A stretch of DNA of 64,000 nucleotides from Gemmatimonadales bacterium. Lineage in GTDB: Bacteria; Gemmatimonadota; Gemmatimonadetes; Gemmatimonadales; GWC2-71-9. Position 1 is the first letter of the stretch. Every line of letters starts with the position of its first letter. Shown here one piece after another: positions 30,168-39,674 of the stretch. The stretch is from assembly GCA_050184075.1 (NCBI GenBank), contig JBFXAS010000002.1, positions 15,831 to 79,830 on the forward strand. Direction: 5' to 3'. The position numbers were made by a program, and so were the translations under genes. The notes beneath the pieces were generated by a model. The model saw only the letters and a list, made by a program, of their open reading frames with translations, was not told the origin of the DNA and did no database searches.

Positions 30168-31517
30168 TCAGGGCCTCACGAGGCTGACGTACACGGTCGG
30201 GAGGGCGTCGGGTCGCTCCTCCGCGGGAAGCACGAACGCGGCGGCGACCCGCTCGGTACCGGCGTCGAGTCCGAAATAGTCCCCGGGGAAGAAGACCGTG
30301 CCGGGCTCCGCCCGTCGGCACGCCGCCCCCGCCGCGAGACAGAATCGATCCACGCCGAGTCCACGTCGGGCGAGCTCGCGGAACTCGCTCCAGTGTCTGC
30401 CGCCATCCTTCGAGCGGAAGAGCACCACCCGGGTTCCGGTGCTGTCACCGTGGTAGCCGAGGAGCCAGGTGGCTCCCGCGCCGCTCGCGAGGGCCGGGAA
30501 GCCGAGACTCTCCGAGCGCGGCAGGTCGGGCACGACGTCGTTGGGAGCGTCCCAGCGGGCACCGTCGGGCGAGATGGCACAGCGAATCGCGAAGCGAGTG
30601 GAGTCGGCCGCCCGGCTTGCCGACCAGCAGACCAACAGCGAGTCGCCGTGCGCGAGCAGCGCGGGCACGTCGAGCGGCGTCGTCGGGCGCGGTCCCGCGG
30701 CGGGAATCAGGGTGGCGATCGTGTCGGGAGCCGAGAAGGTGCGCGCGCCGTCGGTCGACGCGGCATGGAGCAGCACCGCCTCTCCCGCGGGAGCGAAGAT
30801 CGCATCGACGGTGCCGTCACGGCGTACGGCAAGCTGTCCCGAGAAGGCGTCGGCGACCCGCCGCTCGGACTCGAAGGTTGCGCCCCCGTCGCGACTCGCG
30901 GTCACCCAGAAGCTCGAGGCCACCGTGCCGGTGGCGAAGTCGGGAATGTTCCGGTGCCAGCTGAGGTAGAGGGAGCCGCGGAAGGGGCTCGTCGGATGCC
31001 GGTCGAGCGCGATCCAGTCCTTGTCGATCGCGCCGCCCCGCTCGAGGCCTCCCCCGACGAAGGTCCGGGCGGGCCCCAGCGATCTGCTTCCCTCGGTGGT
31101 GACCGCGAGCGCCGCGCCGCCGTCGAAGCGCCGTCCGGTCGTGTCGGCGTAGAGGAAGCTGACGTAGCCGCGGCCTCGCTCGTCGAAGCCGGTGACCGCG
31201 TCGGCCGCCAGAGCGGCCGCCTCGTTCGGGAGTGGCATCCGCGCCCCCTCCCAGGTCCTGCCACCGTCGCCGGAGTGCCAGGTCCAGATGCTCTTGCCGC
31301 CCCGGTTGTAGCCCACCCCGTAGTGGGCCGCCACCAGGATCCGGTCGGGATCGGAGGGATCGAGCGACAGGTGCGGCTCGAAGACCGGCTCCACGCCTTC
31401 GGGCGAGGGAAGCGCGAGGGTTCGGGTCTCGAGCTCTGGCGCCGCGAGCTCGCACCCCGTGATCAAGATCGCGGCGGCCGCAAGAGCGCTCCGGGTCGGG
31501 AGACCCCGGGCGCTCAT
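30168..31517 (-). CDS. BNR/Asp-box repeat beta-propeller lipoprotein (sialidase-fold)
   Basis: ATG 31517 gives MSARGLPTRSALAAAAILITGC (lipobox). Asp-boxes: SGDGGRTW, SRDGGATF, STDGARTF, SKDGGRHW. The rest of the 948-aa track ORF is an out-of-frame overlap of the FadB-like gene. Confidence 0.75.
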   Translation of the reverse strand: MSARGLPTRSALAAAAILITGCELAAPELETRTLALPSPEGVEPVFEPHLSLDPSDPDRILVAAHYGVGYNRGGKSIWTWHSGDGGRTWEGARMPLPNEAAALAADAVTGFDERGRGYVSFLYADTTGRRFDGGAALAVTTEGSRSLGPARTFVGGGLERGGAIDKDWIALDRHPTSPFRGSLYLSWHRNIPDFATGTVASSFWVTASRDGGATFESERRVADAFSGQLAVRRDGTVDAIFAPAGEAVLLHAASTDGARTFSAPDTIATLIPAAGPRPTTPLDVPALLAHGDSLLVCWSASRAADSTRFAIRCAISPDGARWDAPNDVVPDLPRSESLGFPALASGAGATWLLGYHGDSTGTRVVLFRSKDGGRHWSEFRELARRGLGVDRFCLAAGAACRRAEPGTVFFPGDYFGLDAGTERVAAAFVLPAEERPDALPTVYVSLVRP

Positions 31518-33643
31518 TGGTAGAGGGTCCGCCCGTCCGCGGCCATGGACTTCAACAGCTCCGGCGGAGCGAACCGCGGTCCGTGCTCGCGGGCGAGCAT
31601 CTCGCACTCCGCCAGGAGCCTCGCCGCGCCGACGTAGTCGACGTACGAGGCGATCCCGCCGTAGAACGGGCAGAAGCCCCACCCGAGGATCGAGCCCACG
31701 TCGGCGTCCTGCGGGCGCTGGACCACGCCCTCCTCCATGCAACGAAGCGTCTCGATCGCCTGGATGTGGAGCAGGCGGCGCGTGACCGCCTCGAGCTCCG
31801 GCTGCCGCTCGGCCGGCGGAAAATGGGTGGTGAGCTCGGGCCAGAGTCGCTTGTCGCCGTCCTGGTAGTCGAAGAAGCCGGCCTTGGTCTTCTGGCCGTA
31901 GCGTCCGCGCTCCACCATGAAATCGATCACGCCGTCGGCGGGCTGCGGTTGGTACGCGTCGCCGAGGTCGGCCTTGGTCTGTTGTCTGATCTTGTGGGAG
32001 AGGTCGATGTTGACCATGTCGGCGACGGTGAGGGCGCCCATCGGCATCCCGGCCAGTCGCCCGGCGTTGTCGATCAGCGCCGGCAACACGCCCTCGGCGA
32101 GCATGCCCACGCCCTCGGTGACGTAGGTGCCGAAGACCCGGCTGGTGAAGAAGCCGCGCCCGTCGCGGACCACGATCGGCGTCTTGCCGATCGCCTTCAC
32201 GAGGTCGAGCGCCTCGGCGAGGGTCGCCTCGGAGGTCCGCTCGCCCAGGATCACCTCGACCAGCGGCATCTTCTGGACCGGGGAGAAGAAGTGGAGGCCG
32301 ATGAAACGATCGGGACGCTGGCTGGCCTGGGCGAGCCCGGTGATCGGAAGCGTCGAGGTGTTGCTGCCGACGATCGCGTCCGGAGCGATCGCGGCCTCGA
32401 CCCGCTCGATCACGCTGTTCTTGAGCTCGCGCTTCTCGAACACCGCTTCGATCACGAGCTGACACCCGCCGAGCGTCGCGTAATCGGCGGTGGGATGGAC
32501 CCGAGCGAGCGCGGCATTGGCGTCCGACTCGCTCAGACGGCCCTTGCCGACCGCTTCCATCAAGATCGCCCCGATCCGCTCCTTGCCGTGCTCGGCGGCC
32601 TTCGCGTCGACGTCGAGGAGGACGACCTCGACGCCGTTGATCGCCGCCGCGTGCGCGATGCCGTGTCCCATGAGGCCCGCGCCGATCACGCCGATCGAGG
32701 AGTAGCGCTTCGTCGGCACGCTCTTCGGGCGCGTCTTCAGCCGTTTGGCCTCGCTCATGCCGAAGAACAGCGTGCGGATCATCCCGGCCGTCTTGGGATC
32801 GTACGCCAGCTCGACGAAGTTGCGGGCCTCGATCTTGAGGCCCTGGTCGATCGGGAGCTGGAGTCCGTGGTAGACGGCGTCCGCCGCGAGCCGCGGAGCG
32901 GGGTAGTTGCCCCAGGTCTCCTTGGTGATCATGGCGTTGCCGCCGCTGAAGGTCTCGAATCCGCCCGGCGAGTGGACCTCCCCGCCGGGGATGCGGAAGC
33001 CCTTCACGTCCCACGGCTGCACCGCTCCGTCCAGTTCCCGCGCCCGCGCGATGGCCCGCGTGAGCAGCTGGTCTGCGGGGACCACCTCGTGGATCAGGCC
33101 GAGCGCCGCCGCCTTGCCGACCGGGATCGTCTTGCCCTGGGTGATCAGGCCGAGCGCCTCACGAATCCCGATCAGCCGCGGCATCCGCTGGGTCCCGCCG
33201 GCGCCGGGCAGCAGCCCGAGCTTGACCTCCGGGAGCCCGACTCTGATGGCCGGCAGGTCCGCGGCGACCCGGACGTGACAGGCGAGGGCGAGCTCGAACC
33301 CGCCTCCGACGGCGGTCCCGTTGATGGCCGCCACCACCGGCTTGCCGCAGCGCTCGAGGTCCCGCAGCAGGAGCTGCATCCGACGGACCCGCTCGAAGAA
33401 GGTCGCCCGGGGGAGCGCGCGCGCCCCGGCCAGCATCTGCAGGTCGGCGCCGACGATGAAGTCCGGCTTGCTCGAGGTGATCACGATGCCGCGGACGTCC
33501 GGATCGGCGAAGAGCGGACGGACCGTCTCCTCGAACTCGCCGATGGTCGCGTCGTTGAAAGTGTTCGGCTGGTGGGCGGGCTGAGTGGCGAAGCTCAGGA
33601 TGGCGATCCCGCCCTCGATCCGGGCGTCGAGATGCGTGCCCAT
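31514..33643 (-). CDS. multifunctional enoyl-CoA hydratase / 3-hydroxyacyl-CoA dehydrogenase (FadB/FadJ-like)
   Basis: 709 aa. N-terminal crotonase fold (AAINGTAVGGGFELALAC) and C-terminal NAD-binding HACD domain (IGVIGAGLMGHGIAH). Confidence 0.9.
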   Translation of the reverse strand: MGTHLDARIEGGIAILSFATQPAHQPNTFNDATIGEFEETVRPLFADPDVRGIVITSSKPDFIVGADLQMLAGARALPRATFFERVRRMQLLLRDLERCGKPVVAAINGTAVGGGFELALACHVRVAADLPAIRVGLPEVKLGLLPGAGGTQRMPRLIGIREALGLITQGKTIPVGKAAALGLIHEVVPADQLLTRAIARARELDGAVQPWDVKGFRIPGGEVHSPGGFETFSGGNAMITKETWGNYPAPRLAADAVYHGLQLPIDQGLKIEARNFVELAYDPKTAGMIRTLFFGMSEAKRLKTRPKSVPTKRYSSIGVIGAGLMGHGIAHAAAINGVEVVLLDVDAKAAEHGKERIGAILMEAVGKGRLSESDANAALARVHPTADYATLGGCQLVIEAVFEKRELKNSVIERVEAAIAPDAIVGSNTSTLPITGLAQASQRPDRFIGLHFFSPVQKMPLVEVILGERTSEATLAEALDLVKAIGKTPIVVRDGRGFFTSRVFGTYVTEGVGMLAEGVLPALIDNAGRLAGMPMGALTVADMVNIDLSHKIRQQTKADLGDAYQPQPADGVIDFMVERGRYGQKTKAGFFDYQDGDKRLWPELTTHFPPAERQPELEAVTRRLLHIQAIETLRCMEEGVVQRPQDADVGSILGWGFCPFYGGIASYVDYVGAARLLAECEMLAREHGPRFAPPELLKSMAADGRTLYQ

Positions 33644-34860
33644 CAGTCGGTCCCCCCGATCCGCTCGATCACCGTGGCCACGGCCATCCCGCCCGCCACG
33701 CAGAGCGTGGCCACCCCGATTCGCTGCTGGCGTCGCTCCAGCTCATCGAGCAGGGTGCCCAGGATCATCGCGCCCGTGGCGCCGAGCGGATGCCCCATCG
33801 CGATCGCGCCACCGTTGACGTTGACCCGGTCGTGCGCGACGCCGATCTCCTGCAGGAAGTAGAGGACCACCGAGGCGAAGGCCTCGTTGATCTCCCACAG
33901 GTCGACCTCGCCCACGGAGAGACCGGCGCGCTCGAGGGCTCTGCGCGAGGCTTCAGCGGGCGCGGTGAGCATGATGGTCGGATCCTGTCCCGTCGCCGCA
34001 AAGCCCCGGATCCGCGCGCGGGGGGTGAGCCCGAGACGTGCGACCGCGCCGGCGCCGGCCACCAGCACGGCCGCGGCGCCGTCCACGATGCCGCTCGAGT
34101 TGCCGGCGTGGTGGAAGTGCCGCAACCGCTCGATCTCCGGGTAGCGCTGCAGGACCACCCGGTCGAAGCCGGCCAGGGCCGCAACCTTGGCGAAGGAGGG
34201 CTCGAGCTTGCCGAGCGACTCGATCGTGCTGTCGGGGCGGAGGTGCTCGTCGCGATCGAGGACGGTGACGCCGTTCCGATCGCGCACCGGGACGACCGAC
34301 CGGCTGAACCGGCACTCGTCCCAGGCGGCCTTGGCCCGCCGCTGCGACTCGACCGCGTAGCCGTCGAGGCCCTCGCGGCTCATGCCGTACCGGGTGGCGA
34401 TCAGGTCGGCGGAGACGCCCTGTGGAACGAAGTGGAACGCGGCGGCGAGCCGGGGGTCGGTGGCCGGCGCGAAGCCGGAGGACCCCATCGGGACCCGCGA
34501 CATCATCTCGACCCCGCCGCCCACGCCAAGCTCGATCTGGCCCGCCATGATCTTGGCCGCGACCAGGTTGACCGACTCCAGCCCGCTGCCGCAGTAGCGG
34601 TTGATCACGGTGGCGGGGACCCGCTCACCGAGCCCGGAGGCGAGCACGGCCCAGCGGCCCACCCCGGATTGGTCCTTGAGCGGCTCGACGCAGCCAAGGA
34701 CCACGTCGTCGACGGTATCGGCCGGGAGCCGGTGGCGGTCGATCAGGGCGCGGATCGGCGTCGCCGCCAGCTCGACCGGCGACACTTCGGCCAGGGATCC
34801 ATCGGGCTTGCCGCGTCCGCGCGGGGTGCGGACCGCGTCGATCAGGAAGGCGTCGTTCAT
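33643..34860 (-). CDS. acetyl-CoA C-acyltransferase (thiolase, FadA-like)
   Basis: 405 aa. Thiolase signatures NRYCGSGLESV (active-site Cys), NVNGGAIAMGHPLGATG and CVAGGMAVATVIE. Confidence 0.9.
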   Translation of the reverse strand: MNDAFLIDAVRTPRGRGKPDGSLAEVSPVELAATPIRALIDRHRLPADTVDDVVLGCVEPLKDQSGVGRWAVLASGLGERVPATVINRYCGSGLESVNLVAAKIMAGQIELGVGGGVEMMSRVPMGSSGFAPATDPRLAAAFHFVPQGVSADLIATRYGMSREGLDGYAVESQRRAKAAWDECRFSRSVVPVRDRNGVTVLDRDEHLRPDSTIESLGKLEPSFAKVAALAGFDRVVLQRYPEIERLRHFHHAGNSSGIVDGAAAVLVAGAGAVARLGLTPRARIRGFAATGQDPTIMLTAPAEASRRALERAGLSVGEVDLWEINEAFASVVLYFLQEIGVAHDRVNVNGGAIAMGHPLGATGAMILGTLLDELERRQQRIGVATLCVAGGMAVATVIERIGGTD

Positions 34861-34903
34861 GTCCCAATGTTGCCTCGCGGCCCGGAGCGCCGCCAGTCGG
34901 ACT

Positions 34904-35245
34904 TCAGGGGAGGAAGCGGGACCTGGCGTCGGCGGGTGGGACCGGGCAGGCGTCGTAGGCGCCGAAGACCCGCTTGCGGCGCGTCGCGACGGCGTCGTAG
35001 CACCAATCGCGGACGGCCCGGGGGATCAGTCGGCCGACCAGCAGGAGCTTCCAGGGCCAACCGAGATAGCGGATCACGGCCAGCACGGCCTCGGAGCGGA
35101 CCCGGGCGGCCCCGTCCTCGATCAGGACGATCGAGTCTACCCCCTCGAGCTCGGGATGTCGGGCGAGGTGTCGGGCTGCGGTCTCGCCCTGGAGCGCGGC
35201 AAAGCGCATGTTCTTCCGCGTGTCGAAGCGGACGACCAGGCGCAC
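34904..35245 (-). CDS. DCC-family (DUF393) thiol-disulfide oxidoreductase-like protein; the annotated ORF lacks the CxxC motif, which lies in frame upstream of any start codon
   Basis: 113-aa ORF from GTG 35245 (VRLVVRFDTRKNMRFAALQG...WCYDAVATRRKRVFG). In the same frame immediately upstream I read ...DPGAPLLLYDGLCALCNTT. That is the family's catalytic motif, but no ATG/GTG/TTG lies between it and the upstream in-frame TGA. Confidence 0.55.
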   Translation of the reverse strand: MRLVVRFDTRKNMRFAALQGETAARHLARHPELEGVDSIVLIEDGAARVRSEAVLAVIRYLGWPWKLLLVGRLIPRAVRDWCYDAVATRRKRVFGAYDACPVPPADARSRFLP

Positions 35246-35300
35246 CGTGGTGTTGCAGAGCGCGCAGAGCCCGTCGTAGAGGAGGAGCGGCGCTCCGGGG

Positions 35301-35714
35301 TCAGACGAGGCCGGCTTCGCGGAGCTCCTCCTCGAAGTCCGGGGCCGGCTGCTTGGGCCGTCGGAAGAACCACCAGTGGTCGGTCGGGTCGTAGCCGTTC
35401 TCGGCGGCCAGCTCGTCGCCGGCGACCGGCCCGCAGTCGACCGTCAGGTCGCGGAACCGCCGATCGAGCGCTTCGAGCCGGCGCTCGGCCTCGGCCCGCT
35501 GGTCCTGGGTCGCGTACTCGAGGGCGCCCTGGAGCACGTCGCGGAGGTCCATGTCGGTCTGATAATCCGGCAGGGTGAGGTCGTATCCGTCGCCCACCGC
35601 GCCCACCACGCTTTCCCAGTGTGAGAGCAGTCCTTCGAGGCCCCCCTTGACGACGCTCGGCGTGCATCCTCGTCGTCGGAGATACTGGCGGATTCGGTCG
35701 GGTTGTTGAGTCAT
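35301..35714 (-). CDS. hypothetical protein (137 aa)
   Basis: ATG 35714 gives MTQQPDRIRQYLRRRGCTPSVV.... GC3-rich codon usage and plausible composition. The longer 313-aa track ORF runs antisense through the DinB gene and is rejected. Confidence 0.55.
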   Translation of the reverse strand: MTQQPDRIRQYLRRRGCTPSVVKGGLEGLLSHWESVVGAVGDGYDLTLPDYQTDMDLRDVLQGALEYATQDQRAEAERRLEALDRRFRDLTVDCGPVAGDELAAENGYDPTDHWWFFRRPKQPAPDFEEELREAGLV

Positions 35715-35837
35715 CACTCCGGTCTCCAGGGCTCGACGCTCCGGAAGGATGGGCAGGTGCCGATCGTCGTCAGGTGATAGAATGCGAAGCCGCCTCCGTT
35801 CGGTCAACCGGGGGGCGGGAGTCGGGGAGGAGCCGGG

Positions 35838-36341
35838 ATGACGGGAGTCGAGAGTGGGGCCGCTTTCGCGGCGTACTGGCGTGGATTCCGCAGGCGGACC
35901 CGGCGGCTGTTGCCGCTCGTGCCCGAAGAGCGGATCGAGTGGTCCCCGGGGCCGGGGCGCTGGAGCTTTGGAGACCTCTTCCGGCACCTGGGCGCCCTCG
36001 AGCGCTGGATGTACGCGGAGAACGTCTCGGGGCGTCCTTCGCGGTATCCGGGTCATGGCCCCGAGCTCGCCGAGGGCAGCGCGGCCATCGGGACACTGCT
36101 GGATCGCTGCCACGAGGAGTCGCTGGCGATCTTCGGGGCGCTGACCCCGGCCGACATGGTCGGCAAGAGCGTGACCCCGGCCGGCAGCGAGATCACCACC
36201 GCCAAGTGGCTCCGCGCGATGGTCGAGCACGAGGCCCATCATCGCGGCCAGATCTACCTGATGCTCGGGCTCCTCGGCGTCGAGACGCCGCAGCTCTTCG
36301 GCCTCACCGAGGAGGAGGTGCGGCGGCGCTCGGCCTCATAG
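35838..36341 (+). CDS. DinB family protein (four-helix-bundle metalloprotein)
   Basis: 167 aa. His triad context (FRHLGALERWM ... MVEHEAHHRGQIYLML) typical of the DinB/YfiT-like family. Confidence 0.8.
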   Translation: MTGVESGAAFAAYWRGFRRRTRRLLPLVPEERIEWSPGPGRWSFGDLFRHLGALERWMYAENVSGRPSRYPGHGPELAEGSAAIGTLLDRCHEESLAIFGALTPADMVGKSVTPAGSEITTAKWLRAMVEHEAHHRGQIYLMLGLLGVETPQLFGLTEEEVRRRSAS

Positions 36342-37331
36342 CCGCCGCCCCTCGTACCACCCGCGGATCGGACGGGGCAGGTACGGCGCCTCCAGCGCCG
36401 CAACCTCCTCTTCGGTGAGCGAGAGCGAGAGCGCTCGAGCCGCGGCTTCGAGCTGCTCGAGCTTGGTGACGCCGACGATCGGCGCCGTGACGCCGGGCCG
36501 GCCGAGGAGCCAGGCCAGCGCCGTCTCTGCCGGAGACACCCCGCGCGCCTCGGCCACCCGGGCGTTCGCCTCGATGATCTCGCGATCGCCCGGATGGTCG
36601 TAGAGCTCGGGGGTCAGGGTGTCGCTGCCGGCCCGGGCGGTGCCGGCGGGGGCAGGCTTCCGCGCCAGGAGCCCTCGGGCGAGCGGCGACCAGGGAATCA
36701 CCCCGATCCCCTGATCGCGGCAGAGCGGCATCATCTCCCGCTCTTCCTCGCGGTAGAGCAGGTTGTAGTGATTCTGCATCGAAACGAAGCGGCTCCCGCC
36801 GTGGGCGTCGGCGACGGCCAGCGCCTTCATCATCTTCCAGGCATAGGTCGAGCTGGCGCCGAGATAGCGCACCTTGCCCTGGCGGACCAGGAGGTCGAGC
36901 GCCTCGAGGGTCTCTTCGAGCGGGGTTTCGGGGTCGAAGCGGTGGACCTGATAGAGATCGATCGCCTCGACGCCGAGTCGCCGGAGGCTGGCCTCGCAGG
37001 CCTCGGCGATGTGCTTGCGCGAGAGGCCACCGGTGTTCGGCCGGCCGCCCCGCATCCCGAAGAAGACCTTGGTCGCGACCACCACCTCGTCGCGCCGGGC
37101 GTAGTCCCGGAGCGCGCGTCCGGTGACCTCTTCGCTCACCCCGAGCGAATACATGTTGGCCGTGTCGAAGAAGTTGATGCCGAGCTCCACGGCGCGTCGG
37201 AAGAACGGCCGGGCGGCGGCTTCCTCGAGCACCCACGGCCGCCAGCCGGGATCGCCATAGCTCATGCAGCCGAGACACAGCCGCGACACCGTCAGTCCGG
37301 TGTTGCCCAATCGGGTGTACTCCATCCTCAC
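36336..37331 (-). CDS. aldo/keto reductase
   Basis: MEYTRLGNTGLTVSRLCLGCMSYG...FFDTANMYS...VATKVF, the canonical AKR. Confidence 0.9.
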   Translation of the reverse strand: MRMEYTRLGNTGLTVSRLCLGCMSYGDPGWRPWVLEEAAARPFFRRAVELGINFFDTANMYSLGVSEEVTGRALRDYARRDEVVVATKVFFGMRGGRPNTGGLSRKHIAEACEASLRRLGVEAIDLYQVHRFDPETPLEETLEALDLLVRQGKVRYLGASSTYAWKMMKALAVADAHGGSRFVSMQNHYNLLYREEEREMMPLCRDQGIGVIPWSPLARGLLARKPAPAGTARAGSDTLTPELYDHPGDREIIEANARVAEARGVSPAETALAWLLGRPGVTAPIVGVTKLEQLEAAARALSLSLTEEEVAALEAPYLPRPIRGWYEGRRL

Positions 37332-37463
37332 CTCGTATGCTCGCTCGGTGGTCGATTCTCCATCACCGGGCCGAGATTTACGACCGAATCACTCCCTGGA
37401 CAAGGCGAAGCCCCCCACTATTCTTGAGGCGCTCGAGAACCCTAACGTGGAGGCTCGCTGGCC

Positions 37464-38246
37464 ATGGCTCTCGGACCCAGGGCGACCCTCGCCATCGTCG
37501 CGGCGGTGGCCGCCCTCGCACCGGTCGACTCGGCTCGCGCGCAGGACGAGAAGACGACCTCGTTCACGGCCGACTTCGGCTTCGTGAGCACGGCCGGCAA
37601 CACCAGCGTCTCGACCTTCAACCTCGGGGACAAGCTCGTCGTGCAGAAGGCCGACAAGTCGCTGATCTTTACCCAGATCCTGGGGATCGTCTATGGCCGC
37701 GCGGACGGCGTGAAGAACGCCGAGAACTACCGGGCCCAGGCGCGGCTCGACCTCGAGCTCACGCCCAAGCTCTACCTGTTCGGGCTCACCGGCTGGGATC
37801 GGAATGTCTTCGGCGGCATCGACCGTCGGTTCGAGGAGACGATCGGCCTGGCCCTCCGGGCCATCCGGCAGCCGAACGACGAGCTGACCCTGGAAGCCGG
37901 ACTCTCCCTCTTCCAGCAGCGCAACACCATCGGGGACGAGAGCGGCGAGGTCGACGACAACTTCAAGGCGGGGCGAGCGGGCGCTCTCTACAAGCACACC
38001 TTCACCAAGACCACCTTCCTCACTCAGTCGCTCGACTTCACGCCGAACTTCGACGACACGGAAGACTGGCGACTCGACAGCGAGACCGCGCTGGTCGCGC
38101 CGATCTCGACCAACGTCGGTCTCAAGATCGGCTACGTGGTCCGCTTCGACAATCTGCCGGGGCTCGCGGCCGATCCGTCCACGCCGGGCGAGCGCCTCAA
38201 GAAGACCGATCGCTTCCTCACCGCCGGCCTCACCATCTCGTACTGA
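37464..38246 (+). CDS. DUF481-type outer membrane beta-barrel protein
   Basis: Signal peptide, then FTADFGFVSTAGNTSVSTFNLGDKL... with alternating beta-strand pattern, ending in an aromatic residue (LTISY). Confidence 0.8.
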   Translation: MALGPRATLAIVAAVAALAPVDSARAQDEKTTSFTADFGFVSTAGNTSVSTFNLGDKLVVQKADKSLIFTQILGIVYGRADGVKNAENYRAQARLDLELTPKLYLFGLTGWDRNVFGGIDRRFEETIGLALRAIRQPNDELTLEAGLSLFQQRNTIGDESGEVDDNFKAGRAGALYKHTFTKTTFLTQSLDFTPNFDDTEDWRLDSETALVAPISTNVGLKIGYVVRFDNLPGLAADPSTPGERLKKTDRFLTAGLTISY

Positions 38247-38249
38247 GGG

Positions 38250-39182
38250 GTGAGCGGACGCTGGTCGGGGCCCGCGCTGCTCGCCGCCGCCGGCATGGTG
38301 GTGGGGTGTGGGGCGGACCGAACCGCACTCGTCGGTCGCTGGGACGTGAGCTTCACGGACGGTGGGGAGCGCTACCCCGGCTGGCTCGAGGTCCGGACCG
38401 AGGGCGACTCGCTCGCTGGACGCTTCCAGGGGCGGTTCGGACACGCCACGCCGATCGCCGGGATCCGAAGCGAGGGGAAGCGCTTCAGCTTCTCGTGGCC
38501 GGACGAAGGCGATCCGTCCGCGCCGGCGACCGTGCTCGAAGGCGAGATCCAGGCCGGCGACCGGCTGGTCGGGACGATGCGGGGTGGGCGGGACTCGGTC
38601 TCCTTCGATGGCCACCGCGCGCCCGCGCTCGCGCCCCGCGACTCCGTCGTCTTCGGCGAGGTCATCGACCTGCTCGGAGACGGTCTAGCCGGTTGGCAGC
38701 TGCGCGACCCCGCGGGTCCGAACGGCTGGACCCTGGCGGATGGCGAGTTGATCAACACCCCGCCGAGCGGCGATCTCTTCACGACCCGTCGGTTTACCGA
38801 CTTTCGACTCTCGCTCGAGGTCAATGTCCCACCGGGAGGCAACAGCGGCGTCTACCTGAGGGGACGGCATGAGGTCCAGGTTCAGGACGACGCTGGCCGA
38901 GACCCGCACAGTCGCCGGATGGGCGGCGTGTACGGGCAGCTCACGCCGACCGCTCTGCCGGCGCTCCCGGCCGGCGAATGGCAGCGGCTGGAGATCGAGC
39001 TGGTGGGGCGGCGGGTGATCGTCGCGCTGAACGGGGTGACGGTGATCGACAGGGCGGAGATACCCGGGATCACGGGCGGCGCGCTCGACAGTGAGGAGGC
39101 GGCTCCCGGTCCCATCATGCTGCAGGGCGATCACACCGGGGTCCGCTATCGACGGATCGTCCTGCGGCCGGCGGAGGACTGA
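38250..39182 (+). CDS. DUF1080 (3-keto-disaccharide hydrolase-like, concanavalin-fold) lipoprotein with an extra N-terminal domain
   Basis: GTG start. Lipobox MVVGC. The C-terminal half has the DUF1080 hallmarks GWTLADGELIN...GDLFTTRRFTDFRLSLE...NSGVYLRGRHEVQVQDD...IMLQGDHTGVRYRRIVLRP. Confidence 0.8.
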   Translation: MSGRWSGPALLAAAGMVVGCGADRTALVGRWDVSFTDGGERYPGWLEVRTEGDSLAGRFQGRFGHATPIAGIRSEGKRFSFSWPDEGDPSAPATVLEGEIQAGDRLVGTMRGGRDSVSFDGHRAPALAPRDSVVFGEVIDLLGDGLAGWQLRDPAGPNGWTLADGELINTPPSGDLFTTRRFTDFRLSLEVNVPPGGNSGVYLRGRHEVQVQDDAGRDPHSRRMGGVYGQLTPTALPALPAGEWQRLEIELVGRRVIVALNGVTVIDRAEIPGITGGALDSEEAAPGPIMLQGDHTGVRYRRIVLRPAED

Positions 39183-39184
39183 GG

Positions 39185-39655
39185 ATGCGAAGCACGCTGC
39201 AGACCGCTCTCGTCGCCGTTCTCGCCGGCATCGGGTGCGCACCCGCTCCGACTCCCGGCCCGCCGGCGGACACCCCGCCAGAGGCCGCCGAAGCCGAGGA
39301 GCAGGTCCGCCGCACCGAGCTGGCGCGCTTCGAGGCCCAGGTTCGGCGGGACACCGTCGCGCTCGACTCGCTCCTCGCGGAGGATCTGGTCTACACCCAC
39401 TCCAACGCCCTGATCGAGTCGAAGGCGCACTTCCTCGAGACGATCGCGACCGATCGGATCCGCTACGACTCGATCGCGCCGGCCGAGATGAGGCACCGGG
39501 TCTTCGGCGAGGCTGCGGTAGGCAACGGACGCGTGCATGTGCGGGTCCAAATGAATGGGCAGACCATTCCGGTCGACCTGTTGTTCACCACGGTTCACGT
39601 CCGCCGCGACGGCCATTGGCAGCTGGTGGCCTGGCAGTCGACGCGGGCGCAATAA
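39185..39655 (+). CDS. SnoaL-like / DUF4440 (NTF2-fold) lipoprotein
   Basis: Lipobox LAGIGC and a Pro-rich linker, then LLAEDLVYTHSNALIESKAHFLE...HVRRDGHWQLVAWQST. Confidence 0.75.
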   Translation: MRSTLQTALVAVLAGIGCAPAPTPGPPADTPPEAAEAEEQVRRTELARFEAQVRRDTVALDSLLAEDLVYTHSNALIESKAHFLETIATDRIRYDSIAPAEMRHRVFGEAAVGNGRVHVRVQMNGQTIPVDLLFTTVHVRRDGHWQLVAWQSTRAQ

Positions 39656-39674
39656 TCCCCCAGGAGGAGGTCCA

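Noticed and set aside
31518-33014. The upstream 499 codons of the 948-aa ORF 30168-33014(-).
   Set aside because: This part overlaps the FadB-like gene in another frame and is Arg/Gly/Asp-rich. A lipoprotein signal peptide begins at the internal ATG 31517, which is ATGA-coupled to the FadB-like stop.
36336-36341. Short convergent 3'-end overlaps, considered as possible annotation errors: 1909-1945 for beta-lactamase/permease, 10743-10774 for MerR/TolB-like, and 36336-36341 for DinB/AKR.
   Set aside because: Both partners in each pair have intact family-typical C-termini. Small convergent overlaps are common in compact GC-rich genomes.
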